Shown: positions 53,689 through 63,556, counted from the stretch's first letter. The stretch is DNA of 64,000 bases from Salinivirgaceae bacterium (GCA_017617355.1 JAFZWI010000129.1:33673-97672), one strand, 5' to 3'. Made by a program: numbers and translations. Notes: generated from the letters alone by a model not told the origin.

Positions 53689-54303
53689 ATGAAAGCTACA
53701 ATTCAAGTTTTGTTGGGATTACTTATCGTATATCTCTTCTATGTTACTGTGCAAAGCGTCAACGAGCCAATCACTTTCCAGAAAGAACAGCAGAAACGTT
53801 ACGCTGAAACAATCCAAAGGTTAAAAGACATACGCAAAGCCGAGGGTGCCTTTAAGGAAATGAACGGCGATTATACCGCAAGTTTCGACACTCTTATCGA
53901 TTTTGTGAAAAACGGTAAGATAGCCGTTGTGCGTAAGATTGGTGAAATTCCTGAGGAGTTGCTTGGCCAGATAACTGAAAAAGAGGCTATTGCAAAGGGA
54001 ATGATTATCCGCGACACAACCAAGATTGCCGTTATCGACACCTTGTTCCCGAAAAACTACCAAATTGATTCGCTGCGCTACATACCTTACGCTCAAGGTC
54101 GTGAGTTCACTTTGAAGAAAGGCGTGATTGAAACCGCATCGAAGTTGAAGGTGAAAGTGTTTGAGGCTTCTGCACCGAGCAAATACATACTTACCGGTAT
54201 GGACGAGCAGCAGATAATCAACCTTAACGACGGATTGGAATACAAAGGCTTGAAAGTTGGTTCGATTACCGAGGTGAACAACGGTGCGGGCAACTGGGAA
54301 TAA
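53689..54303 (+). CDS. hypothetical N-terminally anchored protein
   Basis: A single N-terminal hydrophobic helix, then a soluble domain. No motif recognised. Confidence 0.55.
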   Translation: MKATIQVLLGLLIVYLFYVTVQSVNEPITFQKEQQKRYAETIQRLKDIRKAEGAFKEMNGDYTASFDTLIDFVKNGKIAVVRKIGEIPEELLGQITEKEAIAKGMIIRDTTKIAVIDTLFPKNYQIDSLRYIPYAQGREFTLKKGVIETASKLKVKVFEASAPSKYILTGMDEQQIINLNDGLEYKGLKVGSITEVNNGAGNWE

Positions 54304-54307
54304 CTAA

Positions 54308-55174
54308 ATGTCTTGGGATATGCAGAATATCCATTTCATAGACAAGTCATTTGATTATACCGATGTTGATAAATATCATCTATCCCTTCAGGTTTTCCTG
54401 AAGGGATTTTCATTTTCGGTGCTCGACCGTACGTGTAATAAATATGTGGCGCTGGCGCATTACGCTTTCAACCGCATAACATCGTACCGCACACTTGTGA
54501 AACTGATAGGTGAGATTATCGATAGCGAGCCGTTGTTGCAATGCCGTTTCAGTCATGTTAAAATTCTTTATGCCACGCCTGATTACACCTTTGTGCCGTC
54601 GGCTTTTTATTCCGAGGGTAGCCTGAGTGATTATTTCAAGTTCAATCAGGAGCTGAAGGCGGGGCAGGTGCTGCACACCAATTACATATTCGGTAACTCG
54701 ACGTATGTTATATTCAGTGTGCCAAGTGTGTTAAGCGTTTTTTTCCAGACGCGTTTTCCCAATGCCAAATTCTATCATCAGTCGGTGCCGGTTATTGAGG
54801 AGCTGACTTTGAAAAGCAAAATGGAAGATAACGGAAAGCGGGTGCTGGTGAACGTCTATCCGGCCATTTTCGACTTTGTGCTTATTGACGGGCGCGACAT
54901 CGTGCTGTTCAATACCTTCAGTTACAAATCGGTTGCCGATTTCAATTATTTCTTCCTGAATGCAGTCGATAATCTGAAGTTGCCGCCATTGACAATACCG
55001 GTTTCGGTGTGCGGAATGTTGTCGTCGGACAATCAGATTATGGAGTCGATGAAGAAGTACATAAAGAATATCAGCTATTTTGTCCGTCCGTCGCATTTCG
55101 AGTATGCATACGGCTTCAACGAGGTGCCGTCGCATTATTTCACCAATATGATAAACCTCTACCAATGCGGATAA
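54308..55174 (+). CDS. hypothetical protein (DUF3822-like by context)
   Basis: 288 aa, immediately upstream of and overlapping rsmD. I recall this arrangement for DUF3822 in Bacteroidota. The family call is from memory. Confidence 0.5.
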   Translation: MSWDMQNIHFIDKSFDYTDVDKYHLSLQVFLKGFSFSVLDRTCNKYVALAHYAFNRITSYRTLVKLIGEIIDSEPLLQCRFSHVKILYATPDYTFVPSAFYSEGSLSDYFKFNQELKAGQVLHTNYIFGNSTYVIFSVPSVLSVFFQTRFPNAKFYHQSVPVIEELTLKSKMEDNGKRVLVNVYPAIFDFVLIDGRDIVLFNTFSYKSVADFNYFFLNAVDNLKLPPLTIPVSVCGMLSSDNQIMESMKKYIKNISYFVRPSHFEYAYGFNEVPSHYFTNMINLYQCG

Positions 55175-55701
55175 TTAGCGGAGTATATAGGCATAGGGTG
55201 ATAGTGCCGCCAAGTAATTTCAAGGCGCGCCCCACAACCGATATGGCCAAAGAGAGCCTTTTCAACATTATCGAGAATCTGGTGACAATTGAAGAAATTA
55301 AGGTGCTCGACCTTTTTGGCGGAACGGGCGGTATAACATACGAGTTCGCCTCGCGCGGATGCACCGATGTTACTTGCATAGAGCTGAACTACAATCATTT
55401 CAGTTTTATAAAAAAAACTGTTGCCGATTTGAAATTCAGTGGGGTTAAGGTTTTGCGTGCCGATGTTTTAAAGTATTTGAAGAATGTAGGAGAGAAGTTC
55501 GATTTGATTTTTGCCGACCCTCCATACGACTTGCCGCAGCTTCCGCAGATACCAGAAATGGTGCTTAGTGCCGATATGCTAAATCCCGAAGGCATATTTA
55601 TTATGGAGCATTCGGCCGCCAACGATTTTTCGGCTATGCCGCAATTTTTCCAGCATAAGCATTATGGAGCTGTCAATTTCAGCTTTTTCCACACTGTATA
55701 A
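55165..55701 (+). CDS. rsmD: 16S rRNA (guanine966-N2)-methyltransferase
   Basis: MRIISG...RPTTDMAKESLFNII, DLFGGTGG and FADPPY. True ATG at 55165; the ORF-track extension from 55009 overlaps the upstream gene. Confidence 0.85.
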   Translation: MRIISGVYRHRVIVPPSNFKARPTTDMAKESLFNIIENLVTIEEIKVLDLFGGTGGITYEFASRGCTDVTCIELNYNHFSFIKKTVADLKFSGVKVLRADVLKYLKNVGEKFDLIFADPPYDLPQLPQIPEMVLSADMLNPEGIFIMEHSAANDFSAMPQFFQHKHYGAVNFSFFHTV

Positions 55702-55763
55702 AAGATATTGAAATTGCCAAGTGGCTGACTTGGATAATGTTGATTGTCTGCAAATAAAAATTT

Positions 55764-55787
55764 GAAAGGGGAGCGAACTCCCCTTTC
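55764..55787 (+). terminator. hairpin terminator after rsmD
   Basis: Perfect 10-bp stem gaaaggggag/ctcccctttc with a CGAA loop. No strong T-tract. Confidence 0.55.
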
Positions 55788-56020
55788 AATCAATTAACCC
55801 AAACCTTATGAAAAAAAACTACTTTCTTTTGCCCTATCAGGCATTGCAAATATGCCTCGAAAAACCATATCTCACAATAGTCATTCGCCGTGTTTTTTTA
55901 TGATAGCGGTCAAGTAATTAAAGGTCTTCAGTCATAAATCCAGCGTAACAAAGAAAAGTTCCGAAAGGCGATACCAATAGTTTGATTAAATTTGGCCGTT
56001 CAAATGAATAGGGAAACGCT

Positions 56021-57181
56021 ATGATTGAATATAATTTGCATACAAATCCTGATTTCGGCACCAACGCCGAAGTTTCCGCGTTCCGTACTGAGAGCGGAAT
56101 TTGCGAGTACAATGTAATGTTGCACAGCACTCGCTTGACAAGTTCATTCCGCGAGCAATTGGAAGGATTGCACAATGCTCTGCATGAAATTGAGGATAAT
56201 ATGTTATGTCGCCGTGCTCATGCAGTTATCAAACGTTATTTCTTAAGCGATGCGGCCAATCAGACAGTGGTTTTGGAGGAACAGGTGCAGAATTTTGCTC
56301 CATGTGCGGTTTCCATAGTACAGCAACCTCCACTCGACGGCTCGAAGGTGGCTTTGTGGGTTTATTTGCAGGAGGGCATTCCCGTTCTGCAGCGCAATGG
56401 CAACGGCACCTTCTCATACAAGCATAACGACTACACCCATTACTGGACAGGCTATCGTCATATTTCGGGAGGAAACTCGGAACAGCAGACGCGGGCTTTG
56501 CTTGAGGGGTATGAGGAAGATTTGGCGCTTCACAAATGCCATATTGTCGACAATTGTGTGCGCACATGGTTCTTTGTTCGTGATATTGACACCAACTATG
56601 CCGGTGTGGTGCGTGGCCGTCGCGACAATTTTGAACAAATGGGTATGACTTCCGACTCGCACTTCATTGCCAGTACTGGCATTCAAGGCTCGCATGCCGA
56701 AACAGGTGTTAAGGTTGTTCTTGACGCCTACGCTGTCAAAGGCTTGAAGAAAGGGCAGATGAGTTACCTTTATGCGCCTACGCACCTGAACCCGACGTAT
56801 GAGTACGGCGTTACCTTTGAACGTGGTGTTTGCATGGAGTATGGCGACCGCCAGCAACTTTTTATAAGCGGCACTGCCAGTATCGATAATCATGGTAATG
56901 TGCTGAACGTTGGCGATATACGCAACCAAACCAAACGCATGTGGGAGAATGTTGAGGCGTTGCTTGCCGAGAGGCAGCACGCTTTCGACAATGTAGTGCA
57001 GATGATTGTCTATCTGCGTGATATTGCTGATTATCAGGTCGTCAAGCAGATGCATGATGAACAGTTCCCGAATATACCTAAAGTGATAGTCTGGGCTGCG
57101 GTGTGCCGTCCAACGTGGCTTGTCGAGATGGAGTGTATCAGTATTAAGGAATCAGTGAATCCGGAGTTTGCTCCATTATAA
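56021..57181 (+). CDS. RidA-fold protein with chorismatase-like (FkbO/Hyg5/XanB2) architecture
   Basis: C-terminal YjgF/RidA-like domain (ISGTASIDNHGNV...VYLRDIADY...WLVEMECI), preceded by about 230 extra residues, as in chorismatases. Confidence 0.45.
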   Translation: MIEYNLHTNPDFGTNAEVSAFRTESGICEYNVMLHSTRLTSSFREQLEGLHNALHEIEDNMLCRRAHAVIKRYFLSDAANQTVVLEEQVQNFAPCAVSIVQQPPLDGSKVALWVYLQEGIPVLQRNGNGTFSYKHNDYTHYWTGYRHISGGNSEQQTRALLEGYEEDLALHKCHIVDNCVRTWFFVRDIDTNYAGVVRGRRDNFEQMGMTSDSHFIASTGIQGSHAETGVKVVLDAYAVKGLKKGQMSYLYAPTHLNPTYEYGVTFERGVCMEYGDRQQLFISGTASIDNHGNVLNVGDIRNQTKRMWENVEALLAERQHAFDNVVQMIVYLRDIADYQVVKQMHDEQFPNIPKVIVWAAVCRPTWLVEMECISIKESVNPEFAPL

Positions 57182-57194
57182 ATAGACGAACTTC

Positions 57195-57758
57195 CTATTT
57201 GTATTTCAGCAACAGTTTCCTGTCTTTGATTTTTTCCTGACCGTAATAGATGTCTTTGTTCACGTGCCTGATTGACTCGATGGTGTATATAGCCGATGGG
57301 TCTTGCTCGTTCACAATGCTAACCACTTTGTTGGCCATTTTGCGGGTTGTTATCACATACAGAATACCGACAGGCCCGTTTTTGTCCTCGGCGTTTGTGT
57401 ATGTGACGCCAAAGCCATTTTCTGTCAGACTGTCGGCCAAGGCTGTGTAGTTATTTGCAGTTATTATTCGAATCAGCTCGTGTCCCAGGGCCATTTTCTC
57501 CTCAATTATCATTCCCACAAAATTGCCCGTGCCGAATCCCGCGGCATAGCCTATGTAGCATGCCCAGTTGTCGATGTTTTGTATGATGTTGCTGATGGCG
57601 ACAATCCAAATCAGCGTCTCGAAGAAGCCAGTCAGCGGAGCAAGTTTCTTATACCCTTTTGCCACCAGAATGATACGTACTGTGCCAATGCTCACATCGG
57701 TTACGCGTGCGCAGAAAATCAGAAACGGAAGGATAATATATGAGTAGTAGTCAAACAT
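57195..57758 (-). CDS. UPF0316/DUF2179 membrane protein
   Basis: Three N-terminal helices (ARVTDVSIGTVRIILVAKG) plus a C-terminal soluble DUF2179-like domain. Confidence 0.65.
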   Translation of the reverse strand: MFDYYSYIILPFLIFCARVTDVSIGTVRIILVAKGYKKLAPLTGFFETLIWIVAISNIIQNIDNWACYIGYAAGFGTGNFVGMIIEEKMALGHELIRIITANNYTALADSLTENGFGVTYTNAEDKNGPVGILYVITTRKMANKVVSIVNEQDPSAIYTIESIRHVNKDIYYGQEKIKDRKLLLKYK

Positions 57759-57778
57759 TTGAGCGATAGTTGTTTGGC

Positions 57779-58153
57779 TTAGTCGCTAACTAATACTATA
57801 GGGTACGATACCAGTTTTGACAAATGTTCGCCGTATGCTTTTGTGTCGGGGTCTTCGGCTGCAAAGTGCCACCTGACCTGCACTTTACCGCCTTTGGTGA
57901 TGATGTTTTCTAGCAGAACAAATAGTTTGGCAAGTTGTTTTATCGACGACGAATTGATGTAATCGAATCGGATGTCGAGTAACGTTTCGTCGTTAGGGTT
58001 CTTTATGTATTCATCAAACCAGGTTATTACCGGCAGATAGATGCTTGAAGCGTTTTCGGGAAGTGAGCGGCCGTTAAAAATGAAGATTCCCCTATTTTGG
58101 TCGAGACAGATGTCGGGGGTGCTTTCGTTGCCGCTAACTTTGTAGATTTCCAT
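57779..58153 (-). CDS. DUF1987 / SiaC-like partner-switch protein
   Basis: 124 aa. TPDICLDQNRGIFIFNGRSLPENASSIYLPVITWFDEY follows the DUF1987 pattern. It abuts the kinase-like gene with zero gap. Confidence 0.7.
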   Translation of the reverse strand: MEIYKVSGNESTPDICLDQNRGIFIFNGRSLPENASSIYLPVITWFDEYIKNPNDETLLDIRFDYINSSSIKQLAKLFVLLENIITKGGKVQVRWHFAAEDPDTKAYGEHLSKLVSYPIVLVSD

Positions 58154-59266
58154 TTAGATTGTGGCCTGTATGAATATCACCGACAGCTTGTCGTCGTATT
58201 TTGAAGTTACACATTGTATGGGGTTGTGGGTTCTGAGCCTTATCTCGGTAAGTCCCAATCCCTTCACTTCTCTTGTGTCGCTAACCGACTCGCTAAGATT
58301 CTTGTCGTACGATTCATTCAACTCCTTGTCGCTCATTGCGTTAATCTTTACAATGGTGTCCAACACACTGGCTACTTTCTCGTTTGGTATGTAGTTCACC
58401 GAGTTGAACTGGTATGTGGAGTTGTTGTGGCTGATGAAGAATACGGCTTTTGTCGAGTGTCCGTCGTGCTTAAATCCGTGTTTCACAGTGTTCTGCAACA
58501 TTTCGATGATGACATAAATCAGGTTTTTCCTCTTTTTCATCTCCACATTGCTGAAGTGCTCCTCCATTATCGATATAATGTGCAACAGACTGTCTTGGGT
58601 ATGCATTCCATTGAAAATCAAGGCAATATTTTGCTCGTTTATTGTCTTGTGGATTTGCTTGATGGCCTCCATTGAATGCTCCGACGTTTCTAGCGTGGCG
58701 TTATCGTTGAGCAATACAGTGGTACCCATGTAAAAATATGAGTATCTGTCGTTTATATCCGAAAAATCGAAATCAAGTTTGTTGCCCGATTTGCGAGCCA
58801 TTTCAATCAGTCCAAGTCCAGCGCCGCCTTTGTTCGATATGATGTTGTTGTTCAAAACCTCTTTGTAGAAGGCTTTCAACTCATCGGGAGCAAGGCTGTT
58901 GATTTTGTCGAGCTGTTTTATGAGCGTCGGTATGTTTTCTTTTTGAATGGGGTTGCCTGTCGTTATGTAATACTTATCGCCTTGATTCTGAATGATAAAG
59001 ATACCAGACTGGTTTGGCGATGATTCCTCGCCGTCAATTCCCTGATGGCGGGTTACATTCTGCAGGCCTTCGACCAGAATAGTGAAAACGCGTTTGATAA
59101 TCTTCGAGTCCTCGCCGGCGCTGTTCATGCATGCTTCGGTAAGCAGCAGAATGTTGTCGGTTATGTTTTGCGTGAACACCCCCCTATAGATATAGTTGAG
59201 GTTGTTTTGTTGCATATCCTCGAACAAATCAAATGCAAAATTGTTATCGCTATTATGGCTGTCCAT
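58154..59266 (-). CDS. tandem-duplicated SiaB-like (GHKL/anti-sigma-type) kinase-like protein
   Basis: Two ~185-aa repeats, each with an N-box-like E.LQN..(R/K)H (LVEGLQNVTRHQ / IIEMLQNTVKHG) and a G-box-like loop (GGAGLGLIEMARKSG / VKGLGLTEIRLRT). Confidence 0.65.
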   Translation of the reverse strand: MDSHNSDNNFAFDLFEDMQQNNLNYIYRGVFTQNITDNILLLTEACMNSAGEDSKIIKRVFTILVEGLQNVTRHQGIDGEESSPNQSGIFIIQNQGDKYYITTGNPIQKENIPTLIKQLDKINSLAPDELKAFYKEVLNNNIISNKGGAGLGLIEMARKSGNKLDFDFSDINDRYSYFYMGTTVLLNDNATLETSEHSMEAIKQIHKTINEQNIALIFNGMHTQDSLLHIISIMEEHFSNVEMKKRKNLIYVIIEMLQNTVKHGFKHDGHSTKAVFFISHNNSTYQFNSVNYIPNEKVASVLDTIVKINAMSDKELNESYDKNLSESVSDTREVKGLGLTEIRLRTHNPIQCVTSKYDDKLSVIFIQATI

Positions 59267-59311
59267 AACGTAAAATTAATCGGACTAAAGTAAGCCAACT
59301 TTTTTTTATAT

Positions 59312-59319
59312 CAAACATA
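59312..59319 (-). promoter_or_regulatory. candidate -7 box for the SiaB/SiaC-like operon (TATGTTTG on the minus strand)
   Basis: The plus strand reads CAAACATA, the reverse complement of TAnnTTTG. About 46 nt upstream of ATG 59266. Confidence 0.3.
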
Positions 59320-59486
59320 TTGACACGCTTATTTTCATTTTTTCGACTTTTTCTCGGTTTTAAACATTGTTGTGTGGCAATCAATGTGTTAATGTTAAGT
59401 TAAACCCGTTTTTAACTGCAACAATTTGAAAAAAGCGCCGTTTCTTTGTCTGTTTTTCGGAAAAAGAACGTTAAATATTTAAAGCT

Positions 59487-60917
59487 ATGGATAAGAAAAA
59501 GTTTTTTGGTTTGGTGGTTGCCGCTGTTTTGGGTGGCTCCATTACTTATGCGTTAGTTAATCGCAATGATGGTTCCGAAGTTGCTCAATATCAGCAAGGT
59601 GATTCGACCGAGCGTGTGGCACGGCCAATGCAGGTAAATTATTCGGGTATGGTGGATTTCCGCGCGGCGGCAAGCAGCACGGTTGATGCGGTGGTTCACG
59701 TCAAAATACGCAGCCAGCAAGCAGCTTATGAGAACCCAATCTACAACTTCCTTTTCGGAAAGCCGAGCTACCAGGAGCAGATGCCAATAGTGGCCTCGGG
59801 TAGTGGTGTTATCATCTCGCGCGACGGCTACATTGTAACCAACAATCATGTTATCGAAGGTGCTGATGCTCTTGAGGTTACGCTTGACGATAAACGCACT
59901 TTTACCGCTAAAGTAATTGGTGCCGACCCTACAACCGATATTGCTTTGATTAAGATTGAGGGTGACAATTTCCCTTTCATTCCGTGGGGCGATTCCGACA
60001 AGTTGCAAGTGGGAGAGTGGGTGTTGGCCATTGGCAACCCATTCAATCTGGCATCGACAGTGACTGCTGGCATTGTTAGCGCTAAAGCCCGCAGTATCAA
60101 TATTATAAACAAAAGCTCAGCTATTGAGGCGTTTATTCAGACCGATGCGGCTGTTAACCCCGGAAACAGTGGTGGCGCGCTTGTCAACATCGAAGGACAG
60201 CTGGTGGGCATAATTACAGCAATTGCCAGTCCGACAGGTACTTTCTCGGGTTATTCGTTTGCCGTGCCTGAGCGAATCGCCAAAAAGACAGTTTCCGACC
60301 TAATGGAATTTGGCACGGTGCAGCGTGCGTTTATCGGCATCAGTATCAGCGATGTAACTTCAGATATGGCGCAAAAAAATAAAGTGACCATTTTGAAGGG
60401 TGTTTATGTGAACGCAGTCACCAATGGCGGCGCGGCGCAGGATGCGGGTATCAAGGCTGGCGACGTGATTTTGAAGGTAAACGGAGTTGAGGTGAACAAA
60501 GTGTCGGAATTGCAGGAGCAGATAGGGCAGTACCGTCCCGGACAGCAGGTGAATATTACTATTATGCGCAACAACAAGACACAGGATATAATGCTGACAT
60601 TGCGTAACATAGAAGGTGGCACATCGTTGCAGAAAGCAGGCGAGACAACCGAACTTTTGGGCGCAAGCATCCGCACGGTTACGCCACAAACGGCTTCGGG
60701 CCTGAGGATTAAAGGTGGTGTGGAGATTGTCGCGCTTTCCGACGGAAAATTCGCGCAAGCCGGTGTCAAACAGGGATTTATAATAACATCGGTCAACCGC
60801 AAGCCTATTTATTCTGTCGACGACTTGCGTCTGATTCTGCAAAACACCACTGGCGGAATCTATCTTGAAGGTGTTTACCCCAATGGCAGCATTTCGTACT
60901 ATGCTTTTGGAATTTGA
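59487..60917 (+). CDS. Do/HtrA-family serine endopeptidase with two PDZ domains
   Basis: Catalytic triad blocks TNNHVIEGA, TDIALIK and GNSGGAL. Two PDZ-like C-terminal domains. Confidence 0.9.
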   Translation: MDKKKFFGLVVAAVLGGSITYALVNRNDGSEVAQYQQGDSTERVARPMQVNYSGMVDFRAAASSTVDAVVHVKIRSQQAAYENPIYNFLFGKPSYQEQMPIVASGSGVIISRDGYIVTNNHVIEGADALEVTLDDKRTFTAKVIGADPTTDIALIKIEGDNFPFIPWGDSDKLQVGEWVLAIGNPFNLASTVTAGIVSAKARSINIINKSSAIEAFIQTDAAVNPGNSGGALVNIEGQLVGIITAIASPTGTFSGYSFAVPERIAKKTVSDLMEFGTVQRAFIGISISDVTSDMAQKNKVTILKGVYVNAVTNGGAAQDAGIKAGDVILKVNGVEVNKVSELQEQIGQYRPGQQVNITIMRNNKTQDIMLTLRNIEGGTSLQKAGETTELLGASIRTVTPQTASGLRIKGGVEIVALSDGKFAQAGVKQGFIITSVNRKPIYSVDDLRLILQNTTGGIYLEGVYPNGSISYYAFGI

Positions 60918-60952
60918 TGTAAAGGTTTGATTTATTGAATTTTGATTTTAAC

Positions 60953-60983
60953 AAAAAAGCCTTCCGCATGCGGAAGGCTTTTT
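60953..60983. terminator. bidirectional rho-independent terminator
   Basis: A6, then gccttccg-catg-cggaaggc, then T5, between convergent htrA-like and clpC genes. Confidence 0.8.
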
Positions 60984-61006
60984 CGTGTTATTGAGTAAGC
61001 GAATGA

Positions 61007-63556
61007 CTATTCTTCAGCTTTTTTCGCCGATTTGTCCTTATTGCCTATTTTAAATGTCAGGCAGTCTTTCTCCTTGTCGTAGACGCATTCAATCTTGTCG
61101 CCGTTGCTGATTTCGGCTTTCAGAATAACCTCGGCCATTTCGTCCTCGATGTATTTCTGAATGGCTCGTTTCAGCGGACGGGCGCCGTATTGCGCATCGT
61201 AGCCCTTGTCGGCCAGCCAGTCTTTGGCCTCTGGTTTAATCTCGAGGGTGTAGCCCATTTGTACAACGCGCTCGAACAGTCCTTTCAACTCAATGTCGAT
61301 AATCTTGTGGATGTCGTCTTTAGTGAGTTGGTTGAACATTATCACATCGTCGATACGGTTCAAAAATTCAGGTGCGAAAGCATTCTTCAAAGCCTTCTCA
61401 ATCACACCTTTAGCCAATTCGTTCGACGCATTCTGGCGCGATGTTGTTGAGAAGCCAATGCCGGTGCCAAAATCTTTCAACTGCCTTGAACCGATGTTCG
61501 AAGTCATTATAATAATGGTGTTGCGGAAATCGATGCGGCGGCCGAGGCTGTCGGTCAAGCGGCCCTCGTCAAGCACTTGCAGCAAAATGTGGAACACGTC
61601 GGGGTGAGCCTTCTCAATCTCGTCGAGCAGAACCACAGAGTATGGTTTACGGCGCACTTTTTCAGTCAGTTGGCCGCCCTCCTCGTAACCTACGTATCCC
61701 GGAGGCGCACCAACAAGTCGCGAAACGCTAAACTTCTCCATGTATTCGCTCATATCGATGCGGATTAGAGCGTCGTTGCTGTCGAACAGGTATTTCGACA
61801 GGACTTTCGCCAGTTGTGTTTTTCCCACGCCAGTCGGACCAAGGAAGATGAAAGTGCCGATAGGCTTGTTCGGGTCTTTCAGTCCGGCGCGGTTGCGTTG
61901 TATCGCCTTGACAATCTTTGCAATGGCATCGTCTTGACCAACAACGCTGCCTTTCAGCTCTTCGCCCATTTTGAGCAGGCGGTTGCCTTCAGTCTGCGCA
62001 ATGCGCTGAACGGGCACGCCGGTCATCATGGCCACCACTTCGGCCACATTGTCGGCGGTAACCACCTCGCGGTGTTTAATAAGGTCTTCTTCCCATTGTT
62101 TCTTCTCATTTTCAAGCTGTTCAATGGTGCGCTTCTCGTTGTCGCGATAGTTGGCCGCTTCCTCGAACTTCTGTTGCTTTACGGCAGCTACTTTCTTCTC
62201 GCGTATCTCCTCAATGCTTTTTTCCAAGTCGGTTATCTGCTTGGGAACGTGAATGTTGGAGATGTGGACACGTGAGCCTGCCTCGTCAAGGGCGTCGATG
62301 GCCTTGTCGGGCAAGTGGCGGTCGGTTATATATCGGGTTGTTAGCTTCACGCAGGCGTCAAGCGCTTCGTCGCTGTATGTTACGTTGTGGTGCTCCTCGT
62401 AGCGGGCTTTGATGTTGTTCAGAATCTCGCGAGTCTCCTCGGCCGACGTCGGCTCAACCATAACCTTCTGGAAGCGGCGTTCAAGGGCGCCGTCCTTTTC
62501 AATGTATTGGCGGTACTCGTCGAGCGTGGTTGCTCCGATGCACTGAATCTCGCCACGCGCCAAAGCAGGTTTCAGCATGTTTGCGGCATCGAGCGAACCG
62601 CTTGCGCCACCCGCGCCAACAATGGTGTGTATCTCGTCGATGAACAGAATAACGTTGGGGTTGTGCTGCAACTCGTTAAGCAGTGCTTTCATACGCTCCT
62701 CAAACTGGCCGCGGTACTTGGTGCCGGCCACTATTGAGGCTATGTCCAGGGCAATAATGCGCTTACCGAACAGAATCCGCGACACGCGCTTCTGCACTAT
62801 GCGTATGGCCATACCCTCGGCTATTGCAGACTTACCGACGCCCGGTTCGCCAATCAGCACGGGGTTGTTCTTCTTGCGGCGACTCAGAATCTGCGCAAGT
62901 CGCTCAATTTCAGTCTCGCGGCCAACAATTGGGTCGAGGCGGTTCTCTTCGGCTGCTTTTGTCAGGTCGATGCCGAAACTGTCAATCACCGGTGTGTCGG
63001 AGTTGCTTTTGGAGTGGCTGCCGCCTTGCGAAGCCGGTTTGTCAGGCTCTTTTCTGAACGGAACATCCTCGTCTTCGTCATCGTCATCAAACAGGTTTTT
63101 CACCTTGCTGTTTTTCTTCTCGCCGGCAGGCTGTGTTATTATTGATTTGATTTTCTGATAGTTTATGCCTTGTTCGTTGAGCAGAGTGGTTATGATGCAC
63201 GACTCGTTTCGCAGAATGGAAAGCAGAAGGTGCCCCGTGTCGACAGTGTCGCTTTTCATGGCGCGTGCCTCTAAAAATATGATGGCCAGAATATGCTCCG
63301 AACTTTTTAGCAGAGGAAGGTTGTCGTTAGCTACCGATGTCTTAGTATGTTCTTGAATATGAGACTCTATGTCCGATTTTAGCGTCGGCAAATCAACACC
63401 GGCGGCATTCAGCGCATCAATGGCAATACCCTCGCCGTCGCGCAGGATGCCTAAAAAAAGATGCTCGGGACCAATGTAGCTGTTGTTCAGTCTGATAGCT
63501 TCCTCTTTGCTGTAAATCAATATGTTATTGATTTTTTGTGAGAATTTCGAACTCAT
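61007..63556 (-). CDS. clpC: AAA+ chaperone ClpC-type (Clp ATPase with two NBDs and a UVR-like linker)
   Basis: Clp_N repeats, two Walker A sites (GEPGVGKSA, GPTGVGKT), and a short middle domain with the UVR-like QKFEEAANYRDNEKR. ATG 63556 is preferred over TTG 63577. Confidence 0.85.
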   Translation of the reverse strand: MSSKFSQKINNILIYSKEEAIRLNNSYIGPEHLFLGILRDGEGIAIDALNAAGVDLPTLKSDIESHIQEHTKTSVANDNLPLLKSSEHILAIIFLEARAMKSDTVDTGHLLLSILRNESCIITTLLNEQGINYQKIKSIITQPAGEKKNSKVKNLFDDDDEDEDVPFRKEPDKPASQGGSHSKSNSDTPVIDSFGIDLTKAAEENRLDPIVGRETEIERLAQILSRRKKNNPVLIGEPGVGKSAIAEGMAIRIVQKRVSRILFGKRIIALDIASIVAGTKYRGQFEERMKALLNELQHNPNVILFIDEIHTIVGAGGASGSLDAANMLKPALARGEIQCIGATTLDEYRQYIEKDGALERRFQKVMVEPTSAEETREILNNIKARYEEHHNVTYSDEALDACVKLTTRYITDRHLPDKAIDALDEAGSRVHISNIHVPKQITDLEKSIEEIREKKVAAVKQQKFEEAANYRDNEKRTIEQLENEKKQWEEDLIKHREVVTADNVAEVVAMMTGVPVQRIAQTEGNRLLKMGEELKGSVVGQDDAIAKIVKAIQRNRAGLKDPNKPIGTFIFLGPTGVGKTQLAKVLSKYLFDSNDALIRIDMSEYMEKFSVSRLVGAPPGYVGYEEGGQLTEKVRRKPYSVVLLDEIEKAHPDVFHILLQVLDEGRLTDSLGRRIDFRNTIIIMTSNIGSRQLKDFGTGIGFSTTSRQNASNELAKGVIEKALKNAFAPEFLNRIDDVIMFNQLTKDDIHKIIDIELKGLFERVVQMGYTLEIKPEAKDWLADKGYDAQYGARPLKRAIQKYIEDEMAEVILKAEISNGDKIECVYDKEKDCLTFKIGNKDKSAKKAEE

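Noticed and set aside
61007-63556. ClpB rather than ClpC.
   Set aside because: The middle region between the two NBDs is short and contains a UVR-like QKFEEAANYRDNEKR motif, rather than the long ClpB coiled-coil. ClpC-type is therefore preferred, though phylogeny would be needed to be sure.
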